Both the position numbers and the translations under genes were made by a program. Positions 27,573 through 37,056 of a stretch of DNA of 64,000 bases are shown here, piece by piece. Origin of the DNA: a virus; IMG/VR virus record IMGVR_UViG_3300042402_003181; one strand, 5' to 3'. How positions within the stretch are numbered: position 1 is the stretch's first letter; every line of letters starts with the position of its first letter. Below the pieces are notes generated by a model. That model was not told the origin of the DNA and did no database searches. It saw only the letters and a list, made by a program, of their open reading frames with translations.

Positions 27573-29324
27573 ATGTCGTGGCGAAAACACTTTTCACCAA
27601 TTGAAACTGATTACGATACCACTAGATCTGCAGGATTTAATCAAAATTCTAAAGCCGGTCCTGCTAGAACCAATTATTCTAGCTACTTACCTGATGTATA
27701 TACAGGTAGTCCTAATAGAGTTGAACGGTATCAACAATACGAAGTTATGGATAGTGATCCAGAAATTAACGCAGCACTTGATATTCTTGCTGAATTTTGT
27801 ACACAGAAGCTAAAAGATGGTAAAAGTCCATTTACGGTTCGATGGAACAGTAAAGGTACTAATTCGGAAATTAGAATCTTAGGTGAATATCTGCAGCAGT
27901 GGAATAAATTACAACAGTTTGATACTAAAATATTTCGTATAGTACGTAATGTATTCAAATATGGTGACGCTTTCTTTATTAGAGATCCAGAAACACAGAA
28001 ATGGAATTGGATTGATAACAGCAAAATTGTTAAAATTATTGCAAACGAGAGTGATGGAAAGAAACCAGAACAGTATATTATTAAAGATCTTGCTCCTAAC
28101 TTTGAAAATTTAGTAGTTACACAGATTACACCTAACATTAATCCTAGACAAGCAGGCGGCGGAATGACATCTGGTGCAGGTTTTATGGGTTCGCCTGGTG
28201 CTCAACGTGGGTCATCTGGTCCTTATCCTAGCTCAAGTGGTGGTTCTAAATTTGGTTTAGCTGAAACAGAATATGCAATCAATGCAGAACATGTGGTTCA
28301 TTTGTCACTATCTGAAGGTTTAGATAACAATTTCCCATTTGGTAACAGCTTATTAGAGAACATTTTCAAAGTTTATAAGCAAAAAGAGCTGTTAGAAGAC
28401 GCTATTTTGATTTATCGTATACAAAGAGCTCCAGAAAGACGTGTATTTCATATTGACGTAGGTAATATGCCTAGTCATTTAGCTATGGCTTTTGTAGAAA
28501 GAGTTAAAAATGAGATACATCAACGTAGAATTCCTAGTCAAAGTGGCGGTGGACAGAACGTAATTGATAGTGCATACAACCCTTTAAGCATAAATGAAGA
28601 CTATTTCTTTCCGCAAACTGCAGAAGGACGTGGTTCTAAAGTTGATACATTACCGGGTGGTACTAATTTAGGTGAAATTGATGACTTAAAATTCTTTACA
28701 AACAAGTTATTCCGTGGTTTACGAATTCCAAGTAGCTACTTACCAACAGGTGCTGATGATTCTCAAGCAAGTTTTAACGACGGACGCGTAGGTACAGCAT
28801 ACATTCAAGAGCTAAGATTTAACAAATACTGTGAAAGATTGCAAAGTTTAATTACAGAAGCATTTACGAACGAATTTAAAATGTATATGTACTCAAGAGG
28901 TATGAATATTGATGCAAACTTATTTGAATTAGCATTTAATCCGCCAATGAACTTTGCAAGTGCCCGTCAAGCAGGATTAGATTCGGAAAGAATTAATACA
29001 TTTAACACCATACAAGCAGTTCCTTACATGAGTAAACGCTTTGCCCTTAAACGATTTTTAGGGTTAAACGAAGATGAAATGGCAGAAAACGAAAGATTAT
29101 GGGGTGAAGAACAAGGTAAAGGGCAACCTACTCATACAGATGCAGCTGGTGAACTACGTAGTGCAGGCTTATCTGCTGCAGGTATGGAAGGCGATTTAGG
29201 CGCAGCAGGTAATTTAGCTGCACCGGCTGATATGGGCATGGGCATGGATCCATCAATGGGTGGCATGGGAGCTGGTATGCCCCCAGCTGGCGCACCTGCA
29301 GGCGGTATGCCGCCATCAATGTGA
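27573..29324 (+). CDS. gp20: Portal protein, gp20-like
   Basis: QYEVMDSDPEINAALDI, LLEDAILIYRIQRAPERRVFHIDVGNMP, EDYFFPQTAEGRGSKVDTLPGG and NKLFRGLRIPSSYL. Confidence 0.95.
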   Translation: MSWRKHFSPIETDYDTTRSAGFNQNSKAGPARTNYSSYLPDVYTGSPNRVERYQQYEVMDSDPEINAALDILAEFCTQKLKDGKSPFTVRWNSKGTNSEIRILGEYLQQWNKLQQFDTKIFRIVRNVFKYGDAFFIRDPETQKWNWIDNSKIVKIIANESDGKKPEQYIIKDLAPNFENLVVTQITPNINPRQAGGGMTSGAGFMGSPGAQRGSSGPYPSSSGGSKFGLAETEYAINAEHVVHLSLSEGLDNNFPFGNSLLENIFKVYKQKELLEDAILIYRIQRAPERRVFHIDVGNMPSHLAMAFVERVKNEIHQRRIPSQSGGGQNVIDSAYNPLSINEDYFFPQTAEGRGSKVDTLPGGTNLGEIDDLKFFTNKLFRGLRIPSSYLPTGADDSQASFNDGRVGTAYIQELRFNKYCERLQSLITEAFTNEFKMYMYSRGMNIDANLFELAFNPPMNFASARQAGLDSERINTFNTIQAVPYMSKRFALKRFLGLNEDEMAENERLWGEEQGKGQPTHTDAAGELRSAGLSAAGMEGDLGAAGNLAAPADMGMGMDPSMGGMGAGMPPAGAPAGGMPPSM

Positions 29325-29335
29325 TAAATAGATAT

Positions 29336-29572
29336 ATGATACTTAGAGAACTTTTTTATATTGACCCTAACACACGCCATGTTGCTAGTGATATGCGGTA
29401 CAATCCTGATAATGATAAATCGGTAATGCAGCGTTCAGATACACGCAAAACACGTTTATCTCTTAGGCAAATTAATGAATTACGTAAGAGCAGTGAAGCT
29501 CATATTTTAGAACAAGAAGTTGAATTATCATTCGTTAACGCAATGTATTCAACTCCACCACCTGCAGTATAA
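29336..29572 (+). CDS. Small prohead/internal protein (gp67/68 position)
   Basis: MILRELFY..., directly behind late promoter ATAAATA (29324-29330), between the portal and core genes. Confidence 0.65.
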   Translation: MILRELFYIDPNTRHVASDMRYNPDNDKSVMQRSDTRKTRLSLRQINELRKSSEAHILEQEVELSFVNAMYSTPPPAV

Positions 29573-29645
29573 ATAATTCTAAAATATTAAAAAAACCACC
29601 GGTTTGACCCCATATTTACATTCTTTTTTATAAGTAGTGTAAATA
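29568..29645 (+). promoter_or_regulatory. Tandem late promoters for the head core/protease/scaffold/capsid operon
   Basis: TATAAATA (exact T4 consensus) at 29568-29575 and GTAAATA at 29639-29645, with SD CAGGAG before 29685. Confidence 0.7.
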
Positions 29646-29684
29646 TAAGACAGCCTTGTATAAAAATTATCACAGGAGATTAAC

Positions 29685-30536
29685 ATGACTGACCGTACAA
29701 AATTTGAAGCCATGCTTGAGGCATTGATCAATGAAGATCACGAAGCAGCGAAAGATATTTTTCACAATATCGTAGTAGGTAAATCGCGTGAGATTTACGA
29801 AAAATTATTAGCAGAAGAATTTGAAGAAGATGATTCTGAAGATGACGCATTTAGTGCTGACGACGAAGAAGGCGAAGACGATGACATGTTTGGTGCTGAC
29901 GACGAAGAAGGCGAAGACGATGACATGTTTGGTGCTGACGACGAAGAAGGCGAAGACGATGAATTTGGTGATGACGAATTTGGTGATGAAGAAGGCGACG
30001 AAGGTTTAGAAGATCGCGTTATGGATCTTGAAGATGCATTAGACGAATTAAAATCAGAATTTGAACAATTATTAGCTGGCGAAGAAGATGAACCAGAACA
30101 TGATGACATGTTTGGTGCTGATGATGAATTAGGCGGCGATGAATTTGGCGGCGACATGATGGGCGGCGATGAATTTGGCGCTGGCGAAGAAGAAAATGAA
30201 TTCCAAAGCATGTTTGAATACGTAAACAAAGTTGCATTACCTAAACACGGTGACAACGGCTTAAACAATAAAAGTATTTTTAATAAACCAAAATACAATG
30301 ACATGGGTGGAACAGCACCTGTATTTGCAAAAGAAGCATCTGGTGAAGGTACAAAAGGCGGTTTGTTAAACCCAGCTACCCAAGACTTAACTAAAGGTAT
30401 GCAAGTACATAATCGTAAAGATAGTAACGCTGGTAAAAAAGCATTCAAAAGCCAACAACCAGGTCACGGTGCAGAGAAAAAAGGTAACCGCGAATCAGCT
30501 CCAAACACAAAAAGTTTGATTCCAGGCAGAAAATAA
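29685..30536 (+). CDS. Highly acidic prohead core protein (gp67/68-like position)
   Basis: 283 aa with a D/E/G-rich centre, located between portal and protease. Confidence 0.7.
   Translation: MTDRTKFEAMLEALINEDHEAAKDIFHNIVVGKSREIYEKLLAEEFEEDDSEDDAFSADDEEGEDDDMFGADDEEGEDDDMFGADDEEGEDDEFGDDEFGDEEGDEGLEDRVMDLEDALDELKSEFEQLLAGEEDEPEHDDMFGADDELGGDEFGGDMMGGDEFGAGEEENEFQSMFEYVNKVALPKHGDNGLNNKSIFNKPKYNDMGGTAPVFAKEASGEGTKGGLLNPATQDLTKGMQVHNRKDSNAGKKAFKSQQPGHGAEKKGNRESAPNTKSLIPGRK
29854..29962 (+). repeat. In-frame 39-bp tandem repeat (ADDEEGEDDDMFG, ~2.8 copies)
   Basis: Unit GTGCTGACGACGAAGAAGGCGAAGACGATGACATGTTTG at 29854, 29893 and 29932 (partial). Confidence 0.9.
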
Positions 30537-30539
30537 TTT

Positions 30540-31166
30540 ATGTTACATCTCCGAGAAAACCTTAGCTTCAACGAAGCACAAATGATCGTTGAATCCGACG
30601 ACAAGGAAGGAAAGAACTTGTATATGAGCGGTATTTGTATACAAGGTGGCATCCGCAACGCAAATCAACGTGTGTATCCTGTGAGCGAGATTAGCAAGGC
30701 TGTTAAAACCCTCAACGATCAAATTCAAAACGGTTATTCTGTGCTCGGAGAAGTAGATCATCCAGATGATCTAAAAATAAACTTAGACCGAGTTTCGCAT
30801 ATGATAACTAACATGTGGATGGAAGGCCCAAATGGTTACGGTAAACTTAAAATTTTACCAACACCAATGGGACAATTAATCAAAACAATGTTAGAAAGCG
30901 GAGTGAAACTTGGCGTTAGTTCACGCGGATCTGGTAACGTTAGCGATAGCGGATCCGGTGAAGTTTCAGATTTTGAGATTATCACAGTTGATATGGTAGC
31001 TCAACCAAGTGCTCCAGGAGCTTACCCTACGCCTATTTACGAACACCTAATGAATACACAAGGTGGCCTTAAATCCTTTCGCATAGCGGAAGAAGTTAGA
31101 GGAGATCCAAAAGCACAAAAATACCTCAAAGAGAGCTTATTGAATATAATAAGCAAACTCCAATAG
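30540..31166 (+). CDS. gp21: Prohead core protease gp21
   Basis: GICIQGGIRNANQRVYP, LGEVDHP, LDRVSH, GVSSRGSG and DMVAQPSAPGAYP. Confidence 0.95.
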   Translation: MLHLRENLSFNEAQMIVESDDKEGKNLYMSGICIQGGIRNANQRVYPVSEISKAVKTLNDQIQNGYSVLGEVDHPDDLKINLDRVSHMITNMWMEGPNGYGKLKILPTPMGQLIKTMLESGVKLGVSSRGSGNVSDSGSGEVSDFEIITVDMVAQPSAPGAYPTPIYEHLMNTQGGLKSFRIAEEVRGDPKAQKYLKESLLNIISKLQ

Positions 31167-31182
31167 TAAAGGAGAATCACAT

Positions 31183-32277
31183 ATGTTGGACGCACTAAAA
31201 ACTTTATTTGAAAACAATGTGGTTTCGGCAGAGATCAAAGAGTCTATTGAACAAGCATGGGATCAACGTATTGTTGAAAACCGTGAATTAGTTTCTCAAC
31301 AACTCCGCGAAGAATTCGCTCGTAAATACGAGCATGATAAGAGCACAATGGTTGAAGCAGTTGATCGTATGATTTCTGAGCAACTTCAAAGTGAACTTAG
31401 TGAATTCGTTGACGATCGTAAACAACTAGCAGAAATGAAAATTAAATTTGCTAGAAAAATGACCGAAAGCGCAAAAACCGTTAACACTTTTGTTACACGT
31501 CAGTTAGCACAAGAAGTTAAAGAATTACACGAAGATCAAATGACAATGGCTAATAAATTTGGTACATTAGAACACTTCGTAGTAGAAGCTCTTGCACAAG
31601 AAATTGCAGAGTTCTACAAAGATAAAAAAGACGTAGCCGAATCAAAAGTTCGTCTGATTCGTGAAGGTCGTCAAGAAATCAAACGAGTAAAACAACAGTT
31701 TGTACAACGTGCAGCTGCAATGGTTGAAAGTGTTGTAGGTACTACCTTAAACGCTGAAATTACTGCATTAAAAGAAGATATTGAATCAGCTCGTCGTACA
31801 GATTTTGGTCGCAAATTATTTGAAGCATTTGCTGTTGAATATCAAGCGAGTTACTTGAATGAAAAATCCGAAACTGCAAAATTGCTCAAAGTCATAGACA
31901 TGAAAGATTTGGCCATCAATGAGGCTGCACATGCAGTTGTCAAAGCTGAAAAAATATTAGAAAGCAAACAAGCAGAAATCGTTGCGTTGAAAGAGTCGCA
32001 AGAAAGAAAAGCAATTATGAGCGAATTGTTGGCTCCTCTAAACGCTGAACAACGCTCTATTATGGGCGAATTGATGACGAGTGTGAAAACTTCAAAACTT
32101 AACGAAAGCTTTGAAAAATACTTACCGGCAGTAATTTCTGGTAAACAAGCACCACAAAAAAGACAAGCTCTTGTAGAAGCTAAAGAAATAACAGGAAACA
32201 AAGCTGTTTCCACAACCACCCGTAGCAGCGAAGATGAATCAAACATTATTGATATCCGCCGCCTCGCTGGTCTATAA
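31183..32277 (+). CDS. gp22: Prohead scaffold protein gp22-like
   Basis: 364-aa coiled-coil, E/K-rich protein between protease and capsid, with SD AAGGAG. Confidence 0.85.
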   Translation: MLDALKTLFENNVVSAEIKESIEQAWDQRIVENRELVSQQLREEFARKYEHDKSTMVEAVDRMISEQLQSELSEFVDDRKQLAEMKIKFARKMTESAKTVNTFVTRQLAQEVKELHEDQMTMANKFGTLEHFVVEALAQEIAEFYKDKKDVAESKVRLIREGRQEIKRVKQQFVQRAAAMVESVVGTTLNAEITALKEDIESARRTDFGRKLFEAFAVEYQASYLNEKSETAKLLKVIDMKDLAINEAAHAVVKAEKILESKQAEIVALKESQERKAIMSELLAPLNAEQRSIMGELMTSVKTSKLNESFEKYLPAVISGKQAPQKRQALVEAKEITGNKAVSTTTRSSEDESNIIDIRRLAGL

Positions 32278-32295
32278 AAATTTAGGAGAATTTAA

Positions 32296-33468
32296 ATGTC
32301 AGAACTACTTAATGGCCGTTGGGCAGAAACAAAGCAAGCACTTTTAGAAGGCTTGACAGGTACAAAAAAATCAGTAATGGGCGTAACACTTGAAAATACA
32401 CGTAGGTATTTGATAGAATCTCCTACTGCTGGTGCTACATCAGCTGGAAACATCTCAACTTTAAACCGTGTGATTTTACCAGTAATTCGTCGTGTTATGC
32501 CAACTGTTATTGCTAACGAATTGGTAGGTGTACAACCGATGACTGGCCCAGTTGGTCAAATCCATACATTGCGTGTTCGTTATGCAGATTCTAGCACAGG
32601 TGCTGGTGTATTAGCAGGCGAAGAAGCATTAAGCCCATTCAAAATTGCAGAAAGCTATTCAGGTAATGAATCAGCTACAGCGAAAGCTGCATCAACTGCA
32701 ACTTTAGAAGGACAAGCAGGCAAAAAAATGAGCATTCAAATCTTGAAACAAACAGTTGAAGCAAAAACTCGTAAGTTATCAGCTCGCTGGACATTTGAAG
32801 CTGCTCAAGACGCTCAAGCACAACAAGGTATTGACGTTGAAGCAGAAATTATGGCTGCATTAGCTCAAGAAATTACTGCTGAGATTGATCAAGAAATTAT
32901 CGCTTCATTGTTAACATTGGCTGGTTCAGATGTTGAAAGATATGACCAATCTGCAGTATCAGGTACTGCTACTTTCGTAGGTGACGAACATGCTGCATTA
33001 GCTGTTCAAATCAACCGTGTAAGTAACTTAATTGCACAACGTACACGTCGTGGCGCTGGCAACTATGCTGTTGTATCTCCATTTGCTTTAACAATTTTAC
33101 AATCAGCTACTACTTCAGCTTTTGCTCGTACTACTGAAGGTACTTTTGAAGCTCCTACTAACACTAAATTTGTTGGTACATTAAACAATTCATTGAAAGT
33201 ATATGTTAACAGTTATGCAACTGATAACACATCTATCTTAATTGGTTACAAAGGTGGTTCAGAATCAGACGCTCCTGCGTTTTATTGCCCTTACATTCCT
33301 TTGATGTCTTCAGGTGTTGTTTTAGATCCATCAACATTTGAACCAGTTGTATCGTTCATGACACGTTATGGTTATGTTGAACTTTCTAACACTGCGTCAT
33401 CTTTGGGTAACGCTGCTGACTATTTAGGTCGTGTTGGTATTTCTAACGCTAACGTAAGATTTAGCTAA
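32296..33468 (+). CDS. gp23: Major capsid protein gp23-like
   Basis: ILPVIRRVMPTVIANELVGVQPMTGPVGQI, VEAKTRKLSARWTFEAAQDAQAQQGIDVEAE, FYCPYIPL and FMTRYG. Confidence 0.97.
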   Translation: MSELLNGRWAETKQALLEGLTGTKKSVMGVTLENTRRYLIESPTAGATSAGNISTLNRVILPVIRRVMPTVIANELVGVQPMTGPVGQIHTLRVRYADSSTGAGVLAGEEALSPFKIAESYSGNESATAKAASTATLEGQAGKKMSIQILKQTVEAKTRKLSARWTFEAAQDAQAQQGIDVEAEIMAALAQEITAEIDQEIIASLLTLAGSDVERYDQSAVSGTATFVGDEHAALAVQINRVSNLIAQRTRRGAGNYAVVSPFALTILQSATTSAFARTTEGTFEAPTNTKFVGTLNNSLKVYVNSYATDNTSILIGYKGGSESDAPAFYCPYIPLMSSGVVLDPSTFEPVVSFMTRYGYVELSNTASSLGNAADYLGRVGISNANVRFS

Positions 33469-33492
33469 TTTAAACTTAGGTTTAATTATATT

Positions 33493-33518
33493 AAAAAGGC
33501 TCTTTGGAGCCTTTTTTT
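33493..33518 (+). terminator. Rho-independent terminator after the major capsid gene
   Basis: AAAAAGGCTC-TTTG-GAGCCTTTTT followed by a T-tract. Confidence 0.9.
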
Positions 33519-33532
33519 ATGATAAATACATC

Positions 33533-34111
33533 ATGACAACACAATTCTATACACCTACCACAATTCAAGAAGTTACACCTACAGACGATTATTTGATGCA
33601 ACCTATTATAGGATGGAATCACAATGGCGCAATATATGATAACAACTATGCTGTTACTAAGCAACCGCTTTATACTATCAGTGGGTTGTGGATGGAGAAA
33701 TATCTCAGTCATACTAGCGAGTTATGGTGTACTGGACTTAATATTCTAGACACTGAGCAATCAGTAGTAGGTATAGAATTTTCATTGCTAATGCATCGAT
33801 TTTCAAGAATTGAAGATTTACGATTGCAATTAACGCTAAATGGCGAAGCAATTGGTGATAACATGGCAAGTCCAGTTAATCCTGTACAAAGTAATATGTA
33901 TACAGGTGATAATAGTCCATTACTTCCTATAATAGGCGACTCTAATATATACGGTAGTTCTACTAATTTATGGGGAACAACTGGATTAACTAGTACCAAT
34001 GTCTCCGATCCGTCATTTGGAATCATAATTAGTTTCCGCAGTAATCAAGTATATCCACATCGTGATATAGCGCAAATAAATCAGATTGCGTTAGGTATCA
34101 CCTACGGATAA
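33533..34111 (+). CDS. Hypothetical late (structural) protein
   Basis: 192 aa, preceded by late promoter ATAAATA (33522-33528). Confidence 0.75.
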   Translation: MTTQFYTPTTIQEVTPTDDYLMQPIIGWNHNGAIYDNNYAVTKQPLYTISGLWMEKYLSHTSELWCTGLNILDTEQSVVGIEFSLLMHRFSRIEDLRLQLTLNGEAIGDNMASPVNPVQSNMYTGDNSPLLPIIGDSNIYGSSTNLWGTTGLTSTNVSDPSFGIIISFRSNQVYPHRDIAQINQIALGITYG

Positions 34112-34192
34112 ATACTTAGTCATTCAAGTGCTGTAAACACAGACTTATGCAGTACCCACTGCGTATGGCTTAAAACGTCAAAGGAGAAAACA

Positions 34193-35158
34193 ATGGGACG
34201 TCCACTCAATAAAAGATATTTTGGTAACCGTAATGTCGGTTCAGCATCCACTACTGCAGATGATGGTATTGGCGGTAAAAGTGTAGCAAGTATTCCAGTA
34301 ACTACTGCTAGTACATACACTACTCGTCCGTTAGTAACATTAACTGGTGCACCTAATTTAGTAAAAGGTACAGCTGCTACTGCAACTATTACTTCAGAAG
34401 CAGCAACCGGTGCAACTACTACTCCGGGTACAGGTTATACTGTTGGCGACACTCTTACATTATCAACTGCAGGCGGCACAGCTGTTGCAGTTGTAGCTAG
34501 CATCACTGGCGGTGGCGCAACTGGTCCAATTGGCTTAGTTAACTTTACTGGTACTGGAGCAAGTCGTGGTAGTTTTGAAGCATTACCTGGTGTTAAAGTT
34601 GCCGCAGTCGGTGGAACTGGCACAGGCGCTGAAATTACTATTACCTTCCAAGCTAAATCAGTAAAAGTATTACCTGGTTCAGGTTACACAACTACAACTC
34701 CAACTGCAGCAGCAACACAATCTGTTGTATTAGGAACCGTGGTAATGACTACTCCAATTGCAAATACTGCTACAGTAGGTTCAGGATTTAATCCAGAGTC
34801 TGCAATTATTGCGTATGCATATACTGCGTCATCTTCTAAACAAGCTGACATTGTTAAACAAGTTTCAACCGATCGTTATAAAGTTGTTACCTCAGATACT
34901 ACTACACCAATTATTGCAAAACTAATAACAGTTGGCACACCTGCTGCAGTTGGCGAAATGATGATTAAAGCAACTGATAGTGCCGGTAAACCATATTTTG
35001 TTAAAAAATTAACTTCACGTAAAGTAGTTATTGTTCCAGATACATCTTCTGTTACTGGACACCAATTTCCTGCAACCTCTGCTGGAGTTTATCAAAGACC
35101 TCAATGGACACTTGGCACTGCAACAGCAAATGTATCAGTAAAAATAGAAAACGGTTAA
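34193..35158 (+). CDS. Thr/Ala/Gly-rich virion protein (head decoration or fibre candidate)
   Basis: 321 aa starting MGRPLNKRYFG, with late promoter ATAAATA at 34108-34114, SD AAGGAG and a downstream terminator. Confidence 0.75.
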   Translation: MGRPLNKRYFGNRNVGSASTTADDGIGGKSVASIPVTTASTYTTRPLVTLTGAPNLVKGTAATATITSEAATGATTTPGTGYTVGDTLTLSTAGGTAVAVVASITGGGATGPIGLVNFTGTGASRGSFEALPGVKVAAVGGTGTGAEITITFQAKSVKVLPGSGYTTTTPTAAATQSVVLGTVVMTTPIANTATVGSGFNPESAIIAYAYTASSSKQADIVKQVSTDRYKVVTSDTTTPIIAKLITVGTPAAVGEMMIKATDSAGKPYFVKKLTSRKVVIVPDTSSVTGHQFPATSAGVYQRPQWTLGTATANVSVKIENG

Positions 35159-35170
35159 TAAAAATTAGAT

Positions 35171-35192
35171 AAGGGGTCGCAAGGCCCCTTTT
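35171..35192 (+). terminator. Rho-independent terminator
   Basis: AAGGGGTC-GCAA-GGCCCCTT followed by TT. Confidence 0.8.
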
Positions 35193-35204
35193 TGAGGAAT
35201 ATAA

Positions 35205-37025
35205 ATGTCAAAAATATTAAAAATTAGCCAAGGTGATTACATAGTTCAAGTACCTTCTGGTAAAAAAATTACGTTAGATACTGATTCGTTACATGTTACC
35301 GGTAATATCGTTGTTGAAGGCACTACTACTGAAATCCAAACGACGAATACTACTATTGCTGATAATATAATCGTTTTAAATAAAGGTGAAGTAGGTCCCG
35401 GAATTACAAAAGCTGCCGACCAATCTGGTTTTGAAATTGATCGTGGAACATCTAACGGATTACCTAGCGGATTAAAATTATCTGCAAGTTTAATATTTGA
35501 CGAATCATTATCTGCATTTGTATTAAACACTACTTCTAACACAACTACTACCTTAACTAATTTATATGCAAATACTGCTAATTTAAATAAAGTCTCGAGT
35601 AACGACGTAGGCATTACTCTTAGTTTAACAAATGATAACACTACAGTAACTATAGAAACACCAAATTCAGCTACTGATTATCATAATCGTACCTTAGTTT
35701 CTAACAGCATTGTAACTAAACAATATCTTGAAAATTATGTTGAAGCAGACAGTGGTCGTGCTATTGTTAGTCAACTTTTGCAAACAGCAGGAACTGTTAC
35801 TAATTCACAAGTTCTAGCAACTGCAGACGCAATTGAATTTTATGTTGGCGAAACAGACAGTGTTAAAAATTTAATTGGAAAAATACTAATCGATGGAATT
35901 TATATTGACCAAATACAAAGTATAACAGGTGATACTGTATTTTTTGTATCAAATATCGAAAGTGCATATAATTTAACACTTACCGGTAATGTGGATATTA
36001 TAGGTGATGCTAACCGAGACATTACACTTACAACAGATGGCACTGGTGTTATTACTCTTACATCAGGAACTACAGGTACAATTAACAATGTAGATATTGG
36101 GTTAACTACTCCTGGTAACAGTAAATTTAATAACTTGCAAGTAACTACTTCAGCTACTCTTCCATCAGGTCCAACAACTGGTGCCGGTGGTCGTCCAACT
36201 AATGCTGCTGCAGGTAACATACGATATAACACAACTATTAAATCGTTTGAAGGATTTAACGGTACATTATGGGGTACTGTAGGCGGCGGTTTACAATCAA
36301 GTCCAGGAATTGAAACAAGCAATTATACTGCATTATCAAATAATTTAGTTAGAGCAAATTCAACAGCTGGTGGGTTTACAATTACACTACCAGATGCACC
36401 AAATGACGGCGATGTTGTTGGTATTATTGATGTTGCAAATACATTTGGTATTAGCGGTAAAGAAGTAACAGTTGTTCCGGGCGCAGTTGGCACAATTGAA
36501 GGTACTACTGATGTAGTTTTAGACTTAGAAGGTACATTTGTATCATTTGTGTATATTGCAGCAGTTACTAACTGGAAGTTAGAACAAACACCAACCGGAC
36601 CAAGCAGCGGATCTGCAGGATTAACTATTTCAAATAGTCGAGTTGTTTCTCGAGTTACAACAGCAACTGCTACACCTACTGCATTGACATTTGACGGCGA
36701 AGTGCCAAGTGCAACTAATCAACTAATTTTACCAAACGACAGCACTTATACATTTTCAATTTTAGTAACCGCAAGACGGACAGATGCAGATAACGAGTCT
36801 GCAGGCTATAAATTTGAAGGAGTGATTGATCGTAATACTATTGCAGCAACAACTAATTTTGTCGGAGTACCGATTAAAACTGTGCTAGCAGAAGATTCGG
36901 CTTTGTGGGATTGTGTTATTTCAGAAGATACCGTTAACGGTGGATTACGAATTACAGTTACTGGCGAAGCAAATAAAACAATTAAATGGGTAGCAGTATG
37001 CAATACCGCAGAAGTTACTGGATAA
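35205..37025 (+). CDS. Virion structural/fibre protein with a gp9/gp10-like module
   Basis: 606 aa with TIADNIIVLNKGE, GNIRYNTTIKSFEGF and YTALSNNLVRANSTAGGFTITLPDAPNDGDVVGIID. Confidence 0.65.
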   Translation: MSKILKISQGDYIVQVPSGKKITLDTDSLHVTGNIVVEGTTTEIQTTNTTIADNIIVLNKGEVGPGITKAADQSGFEIDRGTSNGLPSGLKLSASLIFDESLSAFVLNTTSNTTTTLTNLYANTANLNKVSSNDVGITLSLTNDNTTVTIETPNSATDYHNRTLVSNSIVTKQYLENYVEADSGRAIVSQLLQTAGTVTNSQVLATADAIEFYVGETDSVKNLIGKILIDGIYIDQIQSITGDTVFFVSNIESAYNLTLTGNVDIIGDANRDITLTTDGTGVITLTSGTTGTINNVDIGLTTPGNSKFNNLQVTTSATLPSGPTTGAGGRPTNAAAGNIRYNTTIKSFEGFNGTLWGTVGGGLQSSPGIETSNYTALSNNLVRANSTAGGFTITLPDAPNDGDVVGIIDVANTFGISGKEVTVVPGAVGTIEGTTDVVLDLEGTFVSFVYIAAVTNWKLEQTPTGPSSGSAGLTISNSRVVSRVTTATATPTALTFDGEVPSATNQLILPNDSTYTFSILVTARRTDADNESAGYKFEGVIDRNTIAATTNFVGVPIKTVLAEDSALWDCVISEDTVNGGLRITVTGEANKTIKWVAVCNTAEVTG

Positions 37026-37056
37026 AAATAAACCGTATATCAACAAGGAATTTTAA

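Noticed and set aside
27573-33468. Introns or inteins in portal, protease or capsid genes
   Set aside because: The ORFs are continuous, of expected size, and show no intein C/S...HN motifs or embedded endonuclease domains.
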